This document shows positions 37,420 through 46,446 of a DNA stretch of 64,000 nt, piece after piece. Below the pieces are notes generated by a model. It made no database searches and had not been told where the DNA came from. It saw nothing but the letters and a program-made list of their open reading frames with translations. Position numbers and translations under genes: made by a program. The DNA is from Treponemataceae bacterium (GTDB lineage: Bacteria; Spirochaetota; Spirochaetia; Treponematales; Rectinemataceae): positions 416,001 through 480,000 of the forward strand of contig CAXXHO010000003.1 in the NCBI GenBank assembly GCA_963667725.2, read 5' to 3'. How positions within the stretch are numbered: position 1 is the stretch's first letter; each line of letters starts with the position of its first letter.

Positions 37420-37707
37420 TCAGTAGCTGCGGGGGCGGAAAGATCCACCGTCGCGGCGGGGCTTGTCTTCTGCTTCGTTCACGCGAAGCTGCCTGCCCAT
37501 GAACTCAAAGCCGTTGAGAGCATCAATGGCCTTCTGAGCCTCGTCATCATTGAGCATCTCGACAAAGCCGAATCCCTTCGCCTTGCCGGTGTAGCGATCG
37601 ATGATGATGTTGACGGAAGAAACCTCGCCGTACTGGGCGAAAAGGTCACGAAGCTGATTCTCAGCGGTACTGTAATTCATGTTGCCGACATAAACCTTCT
37701 TGGACAT
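37420..37707 (-). CDS. Single-RRM RNA-binding protein
   Basis: RNP2 VYVGNM, RNP1 KGFGFVEM, GRQLRVNEA. Confidence 0.95.
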   Translation of the reverse strand: MSKKVYVGNMNYSTAENQLRDLFAQYGEVSSVNIIIDRYTGKAKGFGFVEMLNDDEAQKAIDALNGFEFMGRQLRVNEAEDKPRRDGGSFRPRSY

Positions 37708-38036
37708 GCGGAAAAACCTCAAATTAGGGCCGTCTTCGCAGGACGACGGCGGCACCGGATCCGTCCGCCTAGGGCGGACGTACTGTGACTTTCAGGAGGA
37801 CTGGATATACACCTCGACCGTCTTTAAAGCAGGAGTGTTAGGCTGAGACAGCAATGCTTGGGTCTTTCCGAAAGAAGAAGCGAGTGGAGCGGGGGCTCTG
37901 GAGAATTCGGCCGCCGAACCCCCAAAACCGTAAGTAAAGGAATGACGATGCATGAAAAGCCAGTTTCTACCTTAAAAACGGAGGAAGATAACAACCCTCC
38001 GAAAGCTTGTAACACCGCATACACGGCATCATTGTG

Positions 38037-38066
38037 AGTATATGGGGATTTCCCGGGTGCAGTCAA
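38037..38066 (-). promoter_or_regulatory. Putative sigma70 promoter of the RRM gene
   Basis: TTGACT-18-TATACT on the minus strand, about 330 nt upstream of the ATG. Confidence 0.55.
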
Positions 38067-38102
38067 CTCCTTTTTCATCGTTTTGCCGTTATTTTAATTG
38101 CC

Positions 38103-38130
38103 TTGACAAAGAGTAGCCCATCCGTATAAT
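38103..38130 (+). promoter_or_regulatory. Consensus sigma70 promoter of rny-ymdB
   Basis: TTGACA-16-TATAAT, then GGAGG RBS. Confidence 0.8.
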
Positions 38131-38165
38131 CAAAATGACGGCATTTACATACATCGGAGGGACAA

Positions 38166-39698
38166 ATGGCATCAAAAGTTTGGTTTGTTGCCCTTCCCCT
38201 TGCCGGCTTGATTCTTGGATGGACGATCCGCTGGCTATATGCCAGATTTCAACTCACTGCTGCGGAAAATGAAGCAGCGCGAATTAAACAGGACGCAGTT
38301 AAAGATGCAGAAGCCGAAAAAAAGGCGATCCTGGTAGAGGCGAAAGATCAGCTCATTCGGGAACGCAACCAGCAAGAAAGGGAAATAAGGGAACGGCGCA
38401 TCGAAGCCCAGAAGCTCGAACGCCGCGTAATGCAGAAGGAAGAAAACCTAGATAACAAAATCGAGGCGCTCGAAAGGCTTGAAGGAACCCTGAAAGGTAG
38501 AGAAAAGGTCATCGTCGAGAGGGAAACCGCCCTGCTCGGCCAGGAAGAACAGTACAGACAGGAACTGGAGCGTATTTCAGGTCTCACGGCCGAAGAAGCG
38601 AAGCGCATCATTATCCAGAATATGGAAAATGAGGCGAAACGCGACGCGCAGATCCTGATCAACAAGATCGACCAGGAAGCCCAGCTCACCGCCGAGAAGC
38701 GAACGCGCGACGTTCTCGTGACGACGATGCAGAGGATAGCCACCGACGTGACGGCCGAAACGACGGTCACTTCCGTGAGCCTGCCCTCGGACGAGATGAA
38801 GGGCCGGATCATCGGCAGGGAAGGGCGGAACATACGCACGCTCGAGACCCTCACCGGCGTGGATGTCATCATCGACGATACGCCCGAGGCCGTGGTCATT
38901 TCCTGCTTTGATCCTGTGCGCAGGGAGATCGCCCGCGTATCGCTCGAACGCCTCATCTCCGACGGACGCATCCATCCTGCCCGCATCGAGGAGATGGTGC
39001 AGAAAGTCACGCGCGAAATTTCCCAGAAGATCTACGACGAGGGAGAGAAGGTCGTCTTCGACCTCGGCCTCCACAACATGGCCCCGGAACTCATCAGGGC
39101 TCTCGGAAGGCTCTATTTCAGGACGAGCTACGGGCAGAACGTCCTGCTGCATTCGAAGGAAGTGGCCGTCATCGCCGGCCTTCTCGCCGCGGAAATCGGC
39201 CTCAACAGGGAAATCGCCAAGCGGGGAGCCCTCCTTCACGATATCGGAAAGGGTATCGAGACCGATGGCGACCAGAACCACGCCGAGATCGGCATGGATC
39301 TCGTGCGCAAGATGGGTGAGGATCCGCGCGTCATCAACGCCGTAGGTTCGCACCACAACGATGTGGAGCCCATCTGTCCCGAAAGCGTGCTCGTGCAGAT
39401 CGCGGACGCCATATCGGCGGCCAGGCCTGGCGCCAGGCGCGAAACCCTCGATAATTACATCAAGCGGCTGGAGAACCTCGAGACGATCGCGGAAAGCTTC
39501 TCAGGCGTCGACAAGGCCTTCGCCATCCAGGCGGGCCGCGAACTCCGCATCCTCGTCAACTACGAAAACGTATCCGACGAGCAGGCCAAGGAAATGTGCA
39601 AGAGCATCGCCAAGAAGATCGAGACTGACTTGCGCTATCCGGGCCGCATTAAGGTGACCATCATCCGCGAGACCCGCATTGTGGAATACGCCCGATAA
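38166..39698 (+). CDS. rny: Ribonuclease Y
   Basis: N-terminal TM, coiled coil, KH (KGRIIGREGRNI), HD (LLHDIGK), SAARPGARRE. Confidence 0.97.
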   Translation: MASKVWFVALPLAGLILGWTIRWLYARFQLTAAENEAARIKQDAVKDAEAEKKAILVEAKDQLIRERNQQEREIRERRIEAQKLERRVMQKEENLDNKIEALERLEGTLKGREKVIVERETALLGQEEQYRQELERISGLTAEEAKRIIIQNMENEAKRDAQILINKIDQEAQLTAEKRTRDVLVTTMQRIATDVTAETTVTSVSLPSDEMKGRIIGREGRNIRTLETLTGVDVIIDDTPEAVVISCFDPVRREIARVSLERLISDGRIHPARIEEMVQKVTREISQKIYDEGEKVVFDLGLHNMAPELIRALGRLYFRTSYGQNVLLHSKEVAVIAGLLAAEIGLNREIAKRGALLHDIGKGIETDGDQNHAEIGMDLVRKMGEDPRVINAVGSHHNDVEPICPESVLVQIADAISAARPGARRETLDNYIKRLENLETIAESFSGVDKAFAIQAGRELRILVNYENVSDEQAKEMCKSIAKKIETDLRYPGRIKVTIIRETRIVEYAR

Positions 39699-39709
39699 CG
39701 GGTGACGCA

Positions 39710-40516
39710 GTGTCCGAGCGAATGGCTTCAGTAATAATGGTGGGGGACGTCGTAGGCGCTTCTGGCCTGCGCGTCCTCTTTGCCCAGCTTCCCGCTTTTT
39801 CTAAGAAGAAAAATGCCGATATCGTCATCGCCAACGGCGAGAATTCGCTGAAAGGTTTCGGCATCGGCAAGGAAGAACTCGACATAATGCTCTCGAGCGG
39901 CGTTTCGGTCATAACGACGGGCAACCATGTCTGGGAGCGGAAGGAAGCTGCCGAGCTTCTGGATGCCGAAAAGGTCCTTTTGAGACCAGCCAATTACCCT
40001 CCCGGCTTGCCGGGCAAGGGACTGCTTCATATCAAGGGCAGGGAATTCGACTGGGTGGTCATCAATCTGCAGGGAAGGGAATTCCTTTATTCTATCGATT
40101 GTCCCTTCAGAACGGCCGACGAGCTCATCGCCAAGGCTAGGCGAGAATTTCCCGCGGCCATGATTGTCGTGGACTTCCATGCCGAGTCGGCTGAAGAGAA
40201 AGAAGCTTTAGCCTGGCACCTGGACGGCAGGGCGAGCGTCGTCGCCGGCACGCACACCCATGTGCAGACCGCCGACGAGCGGATTTTCCCTGAAGGGACA
40301 GGCTATCTCACGGACCTCGGCATGACAGGGCCCATCGATTCGATTATAGGCGTGAAAAAAGATATCTGCATACGACGCTCCCTAAGCCAGATTCCCTATA
40401 AAATGGAAACCGCCGAGGGGGAAGCGGCCATGGCCGGCGCGATTTTCGGCGTGGACCCCCAGACCAAGCGCTGCGTCTCGATAGAACGGTTCTACCTCGC
40501 CACGACGATCGCGTAG
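39710..40516 (+). CDS. ymdB: YmdB-like (TIGR00282) metallophosphoesterase
   Basis: GDVVG, NGEN, TTGNH, DFHAE, GTHTHVQTADE, TDLGMTG; follows rny. Confidence 0.93.
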   Translation: MSERMASVIMVGDVVGASGLRVLFAQLPAFSKKKNADIVIANGENSLKGFGIGKEELDIMLSSGVSVITTGNHVWERKEAAELLDAEKVLLRPANYPPGLPGKGLLHIKGREFDWVVINLQGREFLYSIDCPFRTADELIAKARREFPAAMIVVDFHAESAEEKEALAWHLDGRASVVAGTHTHVQTADERIFPEGTGYLTDLGMTGPIDSIIGVKKDICIRRSLSQIPYKMETAEGEAAMAGAIFGVDPQTKRCVSIERFYLATTIA

Positions 40517-41208
40517 CGGTCCCTTCCGACCTCGAAAGGCGCTCGATCCCAGCCCGACCATAGCTCGATATTTCTGAAACCGGCGCCGCGGAGCCAATAG
40601 ACGATCATCTCCGGCTTTATGACGTGCAGGACGGTAATATCGCTTGAGGATTTCTTTCCTTCGGTGAGGGTCGTGGTGAAGGCGATGGTGCCGGCTCCGT
40701 TTCCGCGTTCATAGCGCCGCTCAAAGCGGAAGCTTTCCGTCTCGATGTCGGGAAAAGCAAAGCCCGGACCTATGTCGGGATGGGCATAGTTCATTGTCTG
40801 GATGATGAAAGGCGCGCCCGCTCCCAGAAGCCTTTTGACCATGGAGAAGAACAGGGGGATGCTTTCGGGGAGAAGATGGGGAAGGGTGTTGCCGAGACAG
40901 AGAATGGCCCCGAACCTCACGATGATGCCATAGTCGTTCTTGACGACGGATTCGGCGTCGAGCATGGATCCCTGCACGACATGGGCGCGGGAAGCGGCTC
41001 TGGCCGCCATTTCGCTGCTCAACTCGATTCCGAGCGTGTCCCAGCCTCTGTCGGCAAAGGCTCGGGCGTGTCCGCCGGTGGCCGCTCCAAGATCGAGAAT
41101 CCTTTTTTCGGCTCCGCTGGGGATGAGGGCTTCAATAGCTTCTACCGTTTTGGGGTTCAGCGGGAAGATCTCGTCATAGATGCGACTGATTCTGTCATAA
41201 AGCGGCAT
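40492..41208 (-). CDS. Class I SAM-dependent methyltransferase
   Basis: YDEIFP, ILDLGAATG, GIELS, CLGNTLPHL. Confidence 0.85.
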   Translation of the reverse strand: MPLYDRISRIYDEIFPLNPKTVEAIEALIPSGAEKRILDLGAATGGHARAFADRGWDTLGIELSSEMAARAASRAHVVQGSMLDAESVVKNDYGIIVRFGAILCLGNTLPHLLPESIPLFFSMVKRLLGAGAPFIIQTMNYAHPDIGPGFAFPDIETESFRFERRYERGNGAGTIAFTTTLTEGKKSSSDITVLHVIKPEMIVYWLRGAGFRNIELWSGWDRAPFEVGRDRYAIVVAR

Positions 41209-41263
41209 TGGCCTTCCCCTCCCTGGTTGAATTTCTTTATCAAGACTAAATATACTCACTTCC

Positions 41264-43003
41264 ATGTCTCAAGCACAGCAAAGCACCGGCAAGGTGCTCA
41301 GTTCCCTGAAACAGTTGGCGCCCGCTTTTTTCAGGCAGCTCTCCGAGGGCTACTCCACCGGTGATTTCAAGAAGGATCTCGCCGCCGGCATCACCGTCGG
41401 CATCGTAGCGCTGCCCCTCGCCATGGCTTTCGCCATTGGAGCGGGAGCCAGCCCCGCCCAGGGACTCTATACGGCGATTGTGGCGGGATTTGTCGCGGCT
41501 TTCTTCGGCGGTAGTTTCCATCAGGTCTCCGGCCCCACGGGCGCCTTCGTCGTCATAATCGCCGACATCATCGCCCAATTCGGCATGCCGGGACTGCAGC
41601 TGGCCACGCTCATCGCGGGGCTCCTCCTGATCTTCATGGCGATTACAGGGCTGGGAAGCATCATAAAATATATTCCCTACCCGGTGACGATCGGCTTCAC
41701 GACCGGCATAGGCGTGACTATTTTCGTGGGCCAGCTCAAGGATTTTTTCGGCATGGCGATACCCTCGCTCTCGCCCGAGTTCTTCGAGAAAATCGGCCAG
41801 TACGCGGAATATTGGGGCAGCACCAACCTGGCGGCCCTGGGCGCTGGACTGGCGACGGTCGGCATCATCATACTTATAAGGAAGACAATGCCGAAGTTGC
41901 CGGCAGCCGTGACAGCCGTAGCCGTGGTCACCGCCGCCGCTTTCCTGTTGAATCTGCCTCTCGAGACCGTGGGGTCCAAGTTTGGGGCCCTCCCTAAGGG
42001 CTTTCCCTCTCCCAGGTTCCCTGAATTCAGTTTTTCCCTCATACGAAAGGTTTTTCCGAGCGCTCTGACCATCGCGCTTCTCGCGGCGATAGAATCGCTG
42101 CTCTCGGCCGTCGTGGCCGATGGCATGACGGGTACGCGGCATTCTTCCTCTGCGGAATTGAACGGGCAGGGCTTGGGCAATATCGCCAGCGTACTTTTCG
42201 GCGGCATCCCCGCCACGGGAGCGATAGCCAGGACAGCGACCAACATCAAGTCGGGAGCTCGCTCGCCTGTTTCTGGCATGATCCATGCCATCGTGCTCCT
42301 GCTTTTCACGCTTTTCCTTGGGCCTCTCGTCCAGGCAATCCCACTCGCGACGCTCGCCGGCGTCCTCCTCGTCGTCGCCGTAGACATGAGCGAGCTGCCG
42401 CGCTTCTTCTCGATGCGGAAGGCTCCCAAGAGCGACCTAGCCGTCATGGTGACCACTTTTATCCTGACGGTGGTGGTCGATCTTACCGCGGCGGTCGAGG
42501 TGGGTGTCATCCTCGCCATCATCCTTTTCGTGAAGCGCGCGAAGGACACGACATCCGTCGCCACCCAGACCGATTGGCCCAAGGAAGCGGCCGAACTCCT
42601 GGAATCGGGCATGGCGAAGGCAGTCGATAAAAAGGATCTGCAGATTCTCGCCTCCCGCAAGATCCCGAAAGGCTGTGAAATCTATGAGATCAACGGCCCA
42701 TTCTTCTTCGGCGTGGCTGATATCCTGCAGGATACCCTGTCGGGACTCGAGAAGACCCCTAAGGTGTTCATTCTGAGGATGCGCCATGTTCCCGCGATCG
42801 ACGCGACTGGCCTCAACGCGCTGCGCAGCTTCAATAAACACTGCAGGCATCACGGCACGGTGCTTATTCTCAGCGCCGTCGGCGCTCAGCCGGCCAAGGC
42901 GATAGCCCGCATCGGTCTGGCAGAGGAAATCGGAACGGAGAATATCTGTGGCGACATCGATGATGCCCTGGCAAGGGCCGAGAAGATCGTCGGCTCACTA
43001 TAG
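41264..43003 (+). CDS. SulP/SLC26 anion transporter with STAS domain
   Basis: DLAAGITVGIVALPLAMAF, QVSGPTGA, IESLLSAVVADG, ATGAIART, STAS GPFFFG..IDATG. Confidence 0.93.
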   Translation: MSQAQQSTGKVLSSLKQLAPAFFRQLSEGYSTGDFKKDLAAGITVGIVALPLAMAFAIGAGASPAQGLYTAIVAGFVAAFFGGSFHQVSGPTGAFVVIIADIIAQFGMPGLQLATLIAGLLLIFMAITGLGSIIKYIPYPVTIGFTTGIGVTIFVGQLKDFFGMAIPSLSPEFFEKIGQYAEYWGSTNLAALGAGLATVGIIILIRKTMPKLPAAVTAVAVVTAAAFLLNLPLETVGSKFGALPKGFPSPRFPEFSFSLIRKVFPSALTIALLAAIESLLSAVVADGMTGTRHSSSAELNGQGLGNIASVLFGGIPATGAIARTATNIKSGARSPVSGMIHAIVLLLFTLFLGPLVQAIPLATLAGVLLVVAVDMSELPRFFSMRKAPKSDLAVMVTTFILTVVVDLTAAVEVGVILAIILFVKRAKDTTSVATQTDWPKEAAELLESGMAKAVDKKDLQILASRKIPKGCEIYEINGPFFFGVADILQDTLSGLEKTPKVFILRMRHVPAIDATGLNALRSFNKHCRHHGTVLILSAVGAQPAKAIARIGLAEEIGTENICGDIDDALARAEKIVGSL

Positions 43004-43016
43004 AAGCCTTAAAGTA

Positions 43017-43046
43017 TTGACAAGAATTATGCCTTTACGGTATAAG
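43017..43046 (+). promoter_or_regulatory. tRNA-Leu promoter
   Basis: TTGACA-18-TATAAG just upstream of the tRNA. Confidence 0.65.
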
Positions 43047-43059
43047 TTGCATGTTGCGT

Positions 43060-43141
43060 GCGGCGATGGTGGAATTGGTAGACACGCTAGCTTGAGGTGC
43101 TAGTGCCGAGAGGTATGGAGGTTCAAGTCCTCTTCGCCGCA
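43060..43141 (+). tRNA. tRNA-Leu (anticodon GAG), CCA not encoded
   Basis: Acceptor GCGGCGA/TCGCCGC, D-arm GGTGGAATTGGTAGACAC, anticodon arm CTAGC-TTGAGGT-GCTAG, long variable arm, GGTTCAAGTCC T-arm. Confidence 0.97.
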
Positions 43142-43147
43142 GCAGAT

Positions 43148-43178
43148 AGGGCTGTCCAAACGGACGGCCCTTTTTTTT
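43148..43178 (+). terminator. Intrinsic terminator after the tRNA
   Basis: AGGGCTGTCC-aaac-GGACGGCCC followed by an 8-T tract. Confidence 0.85.
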
Positions 43179-43291
43179 ATGCGGAAGTCCTCGGCTCGCG
43201 AGCCTGCCGCGATTTTTTGTTGACAAGGGAAGTCTTCTATCCTATTGTTTACTAGTTTTATAAGCGTTAAATGTGTTTACAGGAAGGAAGC

Positions 43292-44404
43292 ATGAAAAAA
43301 GTAAAGCTGTCGACGGCAATCTACGCGATCATCTCCATGGCATTCATCATCGGCCTCGCCTCTTGCACTATGGCGGGGCTCAGCTCGTCGGATTTCGATG
43401 ACCTTGGCGACGGTGCCTCGACATCGAAGGGGCTTACGGCCTCGGGAAATCTGACGGTTAACGGCATCCTGGTGACCTTCGATCCGAACGGCGGAACCGT
43501 CGATGCCGGCAGCAAAACAGTCAAACACGGCTCCGCTTATGGCGAGCTTCCCCAGCCAAGCCGCGGCGGCTATAAATTCGGCGGCTGGAGGACAGAACCG
43601 GAAGGGGAAGGGGAAGGGAATCTTGTCACGGCTTCCTCGAAAGTCGCGGCCAAGGCTGATCACATTCTCTATGCCGCGTGGAATCTGGCGCCGAAAAAGA
43701 TAGCCGGGACGGCGGTGACGGGAGAGACCTGCTTCTTTTTCGAGTTCGATGTGGACAGCCCCGTGAAGACAGCCAGCGTTCTGGTTCCCGCTTCGCAGGG
43801 CGGATATATACAGAACGAGAAGATGGCCTACGAAAAAATCATCTATGCTATGGCTTATCTCTATGTCGATTATGCCCATGGCATAATGGCGGGAGCGACT
43901 GAAGAGAAGGATGGAGTGTCTTACTCCTTCCAGGGGAACTACTCGCCGACCGATGGCTTCGTGGGCAATATCCAGAAGAACGAGAATGGCGCGGCATCGG
44001 GCGGCTATCTGGTTGGGACCCCTCTGTTCAGCGGCATGAATGTCGTCAATTATGTCGGCGCCGCGACGTACTTGTTTGATACTCCCACGCCCCAAACCCT
44101 GCTTTTCAACGCGACGGCCAATTTCGACACGAATGAAGTCATCGGCACCTGGTGCGAATCGGGCGAAGGCTGGGGCTATGGAATCCATGGCAGCATCGGC
44201 GGTGCTCTCGAGAGCAGCAAAGTCATAAGCCTGAACGCGGCTCCTTTGCCGGCCTTCGAGCCATATTTACTGTATCCATTGAGCGTGCTCGGTGAAGGCA
44301 GGTTCAAGAATGCCAGCAAAGAGACGGTATCAGGCTATCTGAACTTGTATTATGGCGATCAGGTGCTGCCGTCCACTATCATTGCCGTCAGGGAGTCCGA
44401 CTGA
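43292..44404 (+). CDS. Lipoprotein with one InlB B-repeat (Listeria-Bacteroides repeat) and an unknown C-terminal domain
   Basis: Lipobox GLASC; VTFDPNGG..YGELPQPSRGGYKFGGW..LYAAW repeat signature. Confidence 0.75.
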   Translation: MKKVKLSTAIYAIISMAFIIGLASCTMAGLSSSDFDDLGDGASTSKGLTASGNLTVNGILVTFDPNGGTVDAGSKTVKHGSAYGELPQPSRGGYKFGGWRTEPEGEGEGNLVTASSKVAAKADHILYAAWNLAPKKIAGTAVTGETCFFFEFDVDSPVKTASVLVPASQGGYIQNEKMAYEKIIYAMAYLYVDYAHGIMAGATEEKDGVSYSFQGNYSPTDGFVGNIQKNENGAASGGYLVGTPLFSGMNVVNYVGAATYLFDTPTPQTLLFNATANFDTNEVIGTWCESGEGWGYGIHGSIGGALESSKVISLNAAPLPAFEPYLLYPLSVLGEGRFKNASKETVSGYLNLYYGDQVLPSTIIAVRESD

Positions 44405-44632
44405 CCGGAGGGGCAACCGAAGAGAAAATCGGCTATTTTCTTTGAAGAAGCCCCAATTCTTTTTGCCTCAGCAAATTAGGAATATTTCGCGGTCGTTGTT
44501 CTATTTCGCATATATTGACAAAATGTCAGCAAATTTGGAGAATAGCACTGTTGGGACGAAACAGGCAAAAATGAGACATCGTGGGTGCCCCTTGCCGTAT
44601 CTTCCAACGCTGTTTTCCGGAGGTTTTCTTAG

Positions 44633-45235
44633 ATGAAGTACCTTAAGGTAATCGCTCTCGTCCTCGTCGTCGCTCTCGTCGGTTCCTGCGCAGCCAAGCT
44701 TCCGCAGAAAGATATCGATCTCGCCACCACGGCGTTGAGCGATGCCCAGGCAGCCAAGGCCGATGTCTACGCTCCCGCTGAGTACCAGACCGCTCAGGAT
44801 GCCAAAAATTCCCTGGATACAGAGATCGCCGTCCAGGAAGCCCTGCAGTCCGGCAAGTCATATAAGCTGACCGGCGAGCTCGCGAAGGCTCTCCTCGACG
44901 CGGCCACGAAAGCCAAAGATGCGGCCGCCGCCAACATGGAAACGGTGAAAGCCGAAGTAGCGACGCTGATCACCGATGTACAGGCCGCTTTCCCGATCGT
45001 CAAAGCCGAATCCGAAGCCGCTTCCAAGGAAGCGAGAAAGGCCGCCAAAGCCGGGCTGAATGTCCAGGCAATCGCCGCCCAGGTAACCGCCGAGGAAGAG
45101 GCCATCGCCGCCGCTCAGGCCGCCAATGACGCTCAGGATTACGCGGCAGCCAAGGATCAGCTCACCCTGCTCAAGGATGAGATCGCTCAGCTCCAGGCCA
45201 GCCTGGAAGCCGCCGGCTTCACCGCCGCGCTCTGA
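44633..45235 (+). CDS. Ala-rich helical lipoprotein (DUF4398-like)
   Basis: Signal peptide ending VGSC; A.A.VYAP.EY..A motif; GGAGG RBS. Confidence 0.7.
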   Translation: MKYLKVIALVLVVALVGSCAAKLPQKDIDLATTALSDAQAAKADVYAPAEYQTAQDAKNSLDTEIAVQEALQSGKSYKLTGELAKALLDAATKAKDAAAANMETVKAEVATLITDVQAAFPIVKAESEAASKEARKAAKAGLNVQAIAAQVTAEEEAIAAAQAANDAQDYAAAKDQLTLLKDEIAQLQASLEAAGFTAAL

Positions 45236-45276
45236 TCTATCGGCGATAATTGTCGCCGTTTAGCGACAAATCGTTG

Positions 45277-45309
45277 AAAAAGCACCCGGTTTCCGCCGGG
45301 TGCTTTTTT
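45277..45309 (+). terminator. Intrinsic terminator
   Basis: AAAAAGCACCCGG-tttccg-CCGGGTGCTTTTTT. Confidence 0.85.
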
Positions 45310-45443
45310 ATGCTTTATCTTGTCCGCCCTCGGAAATCTATTGCGGCGGGAGAAAGGCGACAGCTATCTCTTGAAGCGGCTTTTCCTTGCGGCAGGCTGG
45401 CGCGGCGGCGTATTGGCCGCTAAGATGAACAGAGGCGGTACCC

Positions 45444-46379
45444 ATGATTTTCCGATACACCGAAGCGCCGAGCTTCAACAGCGTCCTCCTGGAGAAAATG
45501 CTTTGGGCGGTGAGACTGAAAGATTCCCAGGAGACGGAAAAGCCGAGTTTTCGATCCAGGGACTATTCGAAAAGTATTTCCAGTCCTTCACCGCCGGAAC
45601 ATCTGCGGCTTCGCGTCGATATCGCGAAAAGCGAATTCCAGGGAAGACCGATCCACACGCTCTCGCCCAAGGTTGGCATCGGTTCGCCTCTCGTGCTGTT
45701 CCTCCACGGCGGCTCCTATGTCCTCAACGCGACGCATCCGCATTGGCGGTTCCTGGCCGGTCTTGTCGAGCGCTCGGGATGCGCCATCGTGGCTCCCGAC
45801 TACCCTCTGGCTCCAGAATATTGCTATGTCGACGCCTATAGGCTGCTCGTGCCGCTTTACCGCGAGCTTGTGACCGAGAAAAATCATCGCAAGATAATCC
45901 TCATGGGCGATTCGGCTGGAGGCGGCCTCATCCTGGGCTTGGCGATGATGATTCGCGACGAGAATATTCCCCCCGCGGATGCCGTTGTCCTGCTTTCTCC
46001 CTGGCTGGATGTGACCATGAGCAATCCTTGCATAGAGAGTATTGACCGCGCCGACCCCTTCCTCAACGTCGGGGCTCTCGTTCGCGCGGGCAAAGCCTGG
46101 GCCAGGGGAGCAAATCCCCGTAAGCCTCTCATAAGCCCTATCTACGGCAAGGTGGATGACCTGCCTCCCATCCATCTGTTCATAGGGACCAAGGATGTCC
46201 TCGCCGCCGACTGCAGGCGGTTCAGGGAGCGCTGCATGGCGGCGAATGTCCGTCTTGCCTACTATGAGTTCGAAAATATGGTGCATGACTGGATGCTTCT
46301 GGAGTTCAAGGAAGCGAGGATGGCGGCCATGCAGATAGCGGCTATCGTGGCGGGGGTGAGAGATTCGGAGACGGTCTAG
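45444..46379 (+). CDS. Alpha/beta hydrolase, HSL-like esterase
   Basis: LHGGSY, DYPLAP, GDSAGG, SPWLD, GTKD, VHDW. Confidence 0.9.
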   Translation: MIFRYTEAPSFNSVLLEKMLWAVRLKDSQETEKPSFRSRDYSKSISSPSPPEHLRLRVDIAKSEFQGRPIHTLSPKVGIGSPLVLFLHGGSYVLNATHPHWRFLAGLVERSGCAIVAPDYPLAPEYCYVDAYRLLVPLYRELVTEKNHRKIILMGDSAGGGLILGLAMMIRDENIPPADAVVLLSPWLDVTMSNPCIESIDRADPFLNVGALVRAGKAWARGANPRKPLISPIYGKVDDLPPIHLFIGTKDVLAADCRRFRERCMAANVRLAYYEFENMVHDWMLLEFKEARMAAMQIAAIVAGVRDSETV

Positions 46380-46387
46380 CGATGCGG

Positions 46388-46424
46388 AAAAAGCGAGGGC
46401 GACGTCCGCAGGACGTCGCCCTCG
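46388..46424 (-). terminator. Terminator hairpin between convergent genes
   Basis: Perfect 14-bp stem CGAGGGCGACGTCC-gca-GGACGTCGCCCTCG with a T tract on the minus strand. Confidence 0.8.
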
Positions 46425-46446
46425 TCGAATTTACCTTATGCGACGC

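Noticed and set aside
37824..38078. 84-aa minus-strand ORF as a leader peptide of the RRM gene
   Set aside because: Its start lies upstream of the predicted promoter and the product has no recognisable features.
37708..38100. 6S RNA in its common position upstream of rny
   Set aside because: By eye the region folds into several short hairpins rather than one rod with a central bubble, and rny has its own adjacent promoter; not excluded without a covariance-model search.
43060..46379. Integrated element at tRNA-Leu
   Set aside because: No integrase, no duplicated tRNA 3' end seen downstream, and no obvious compositional break.
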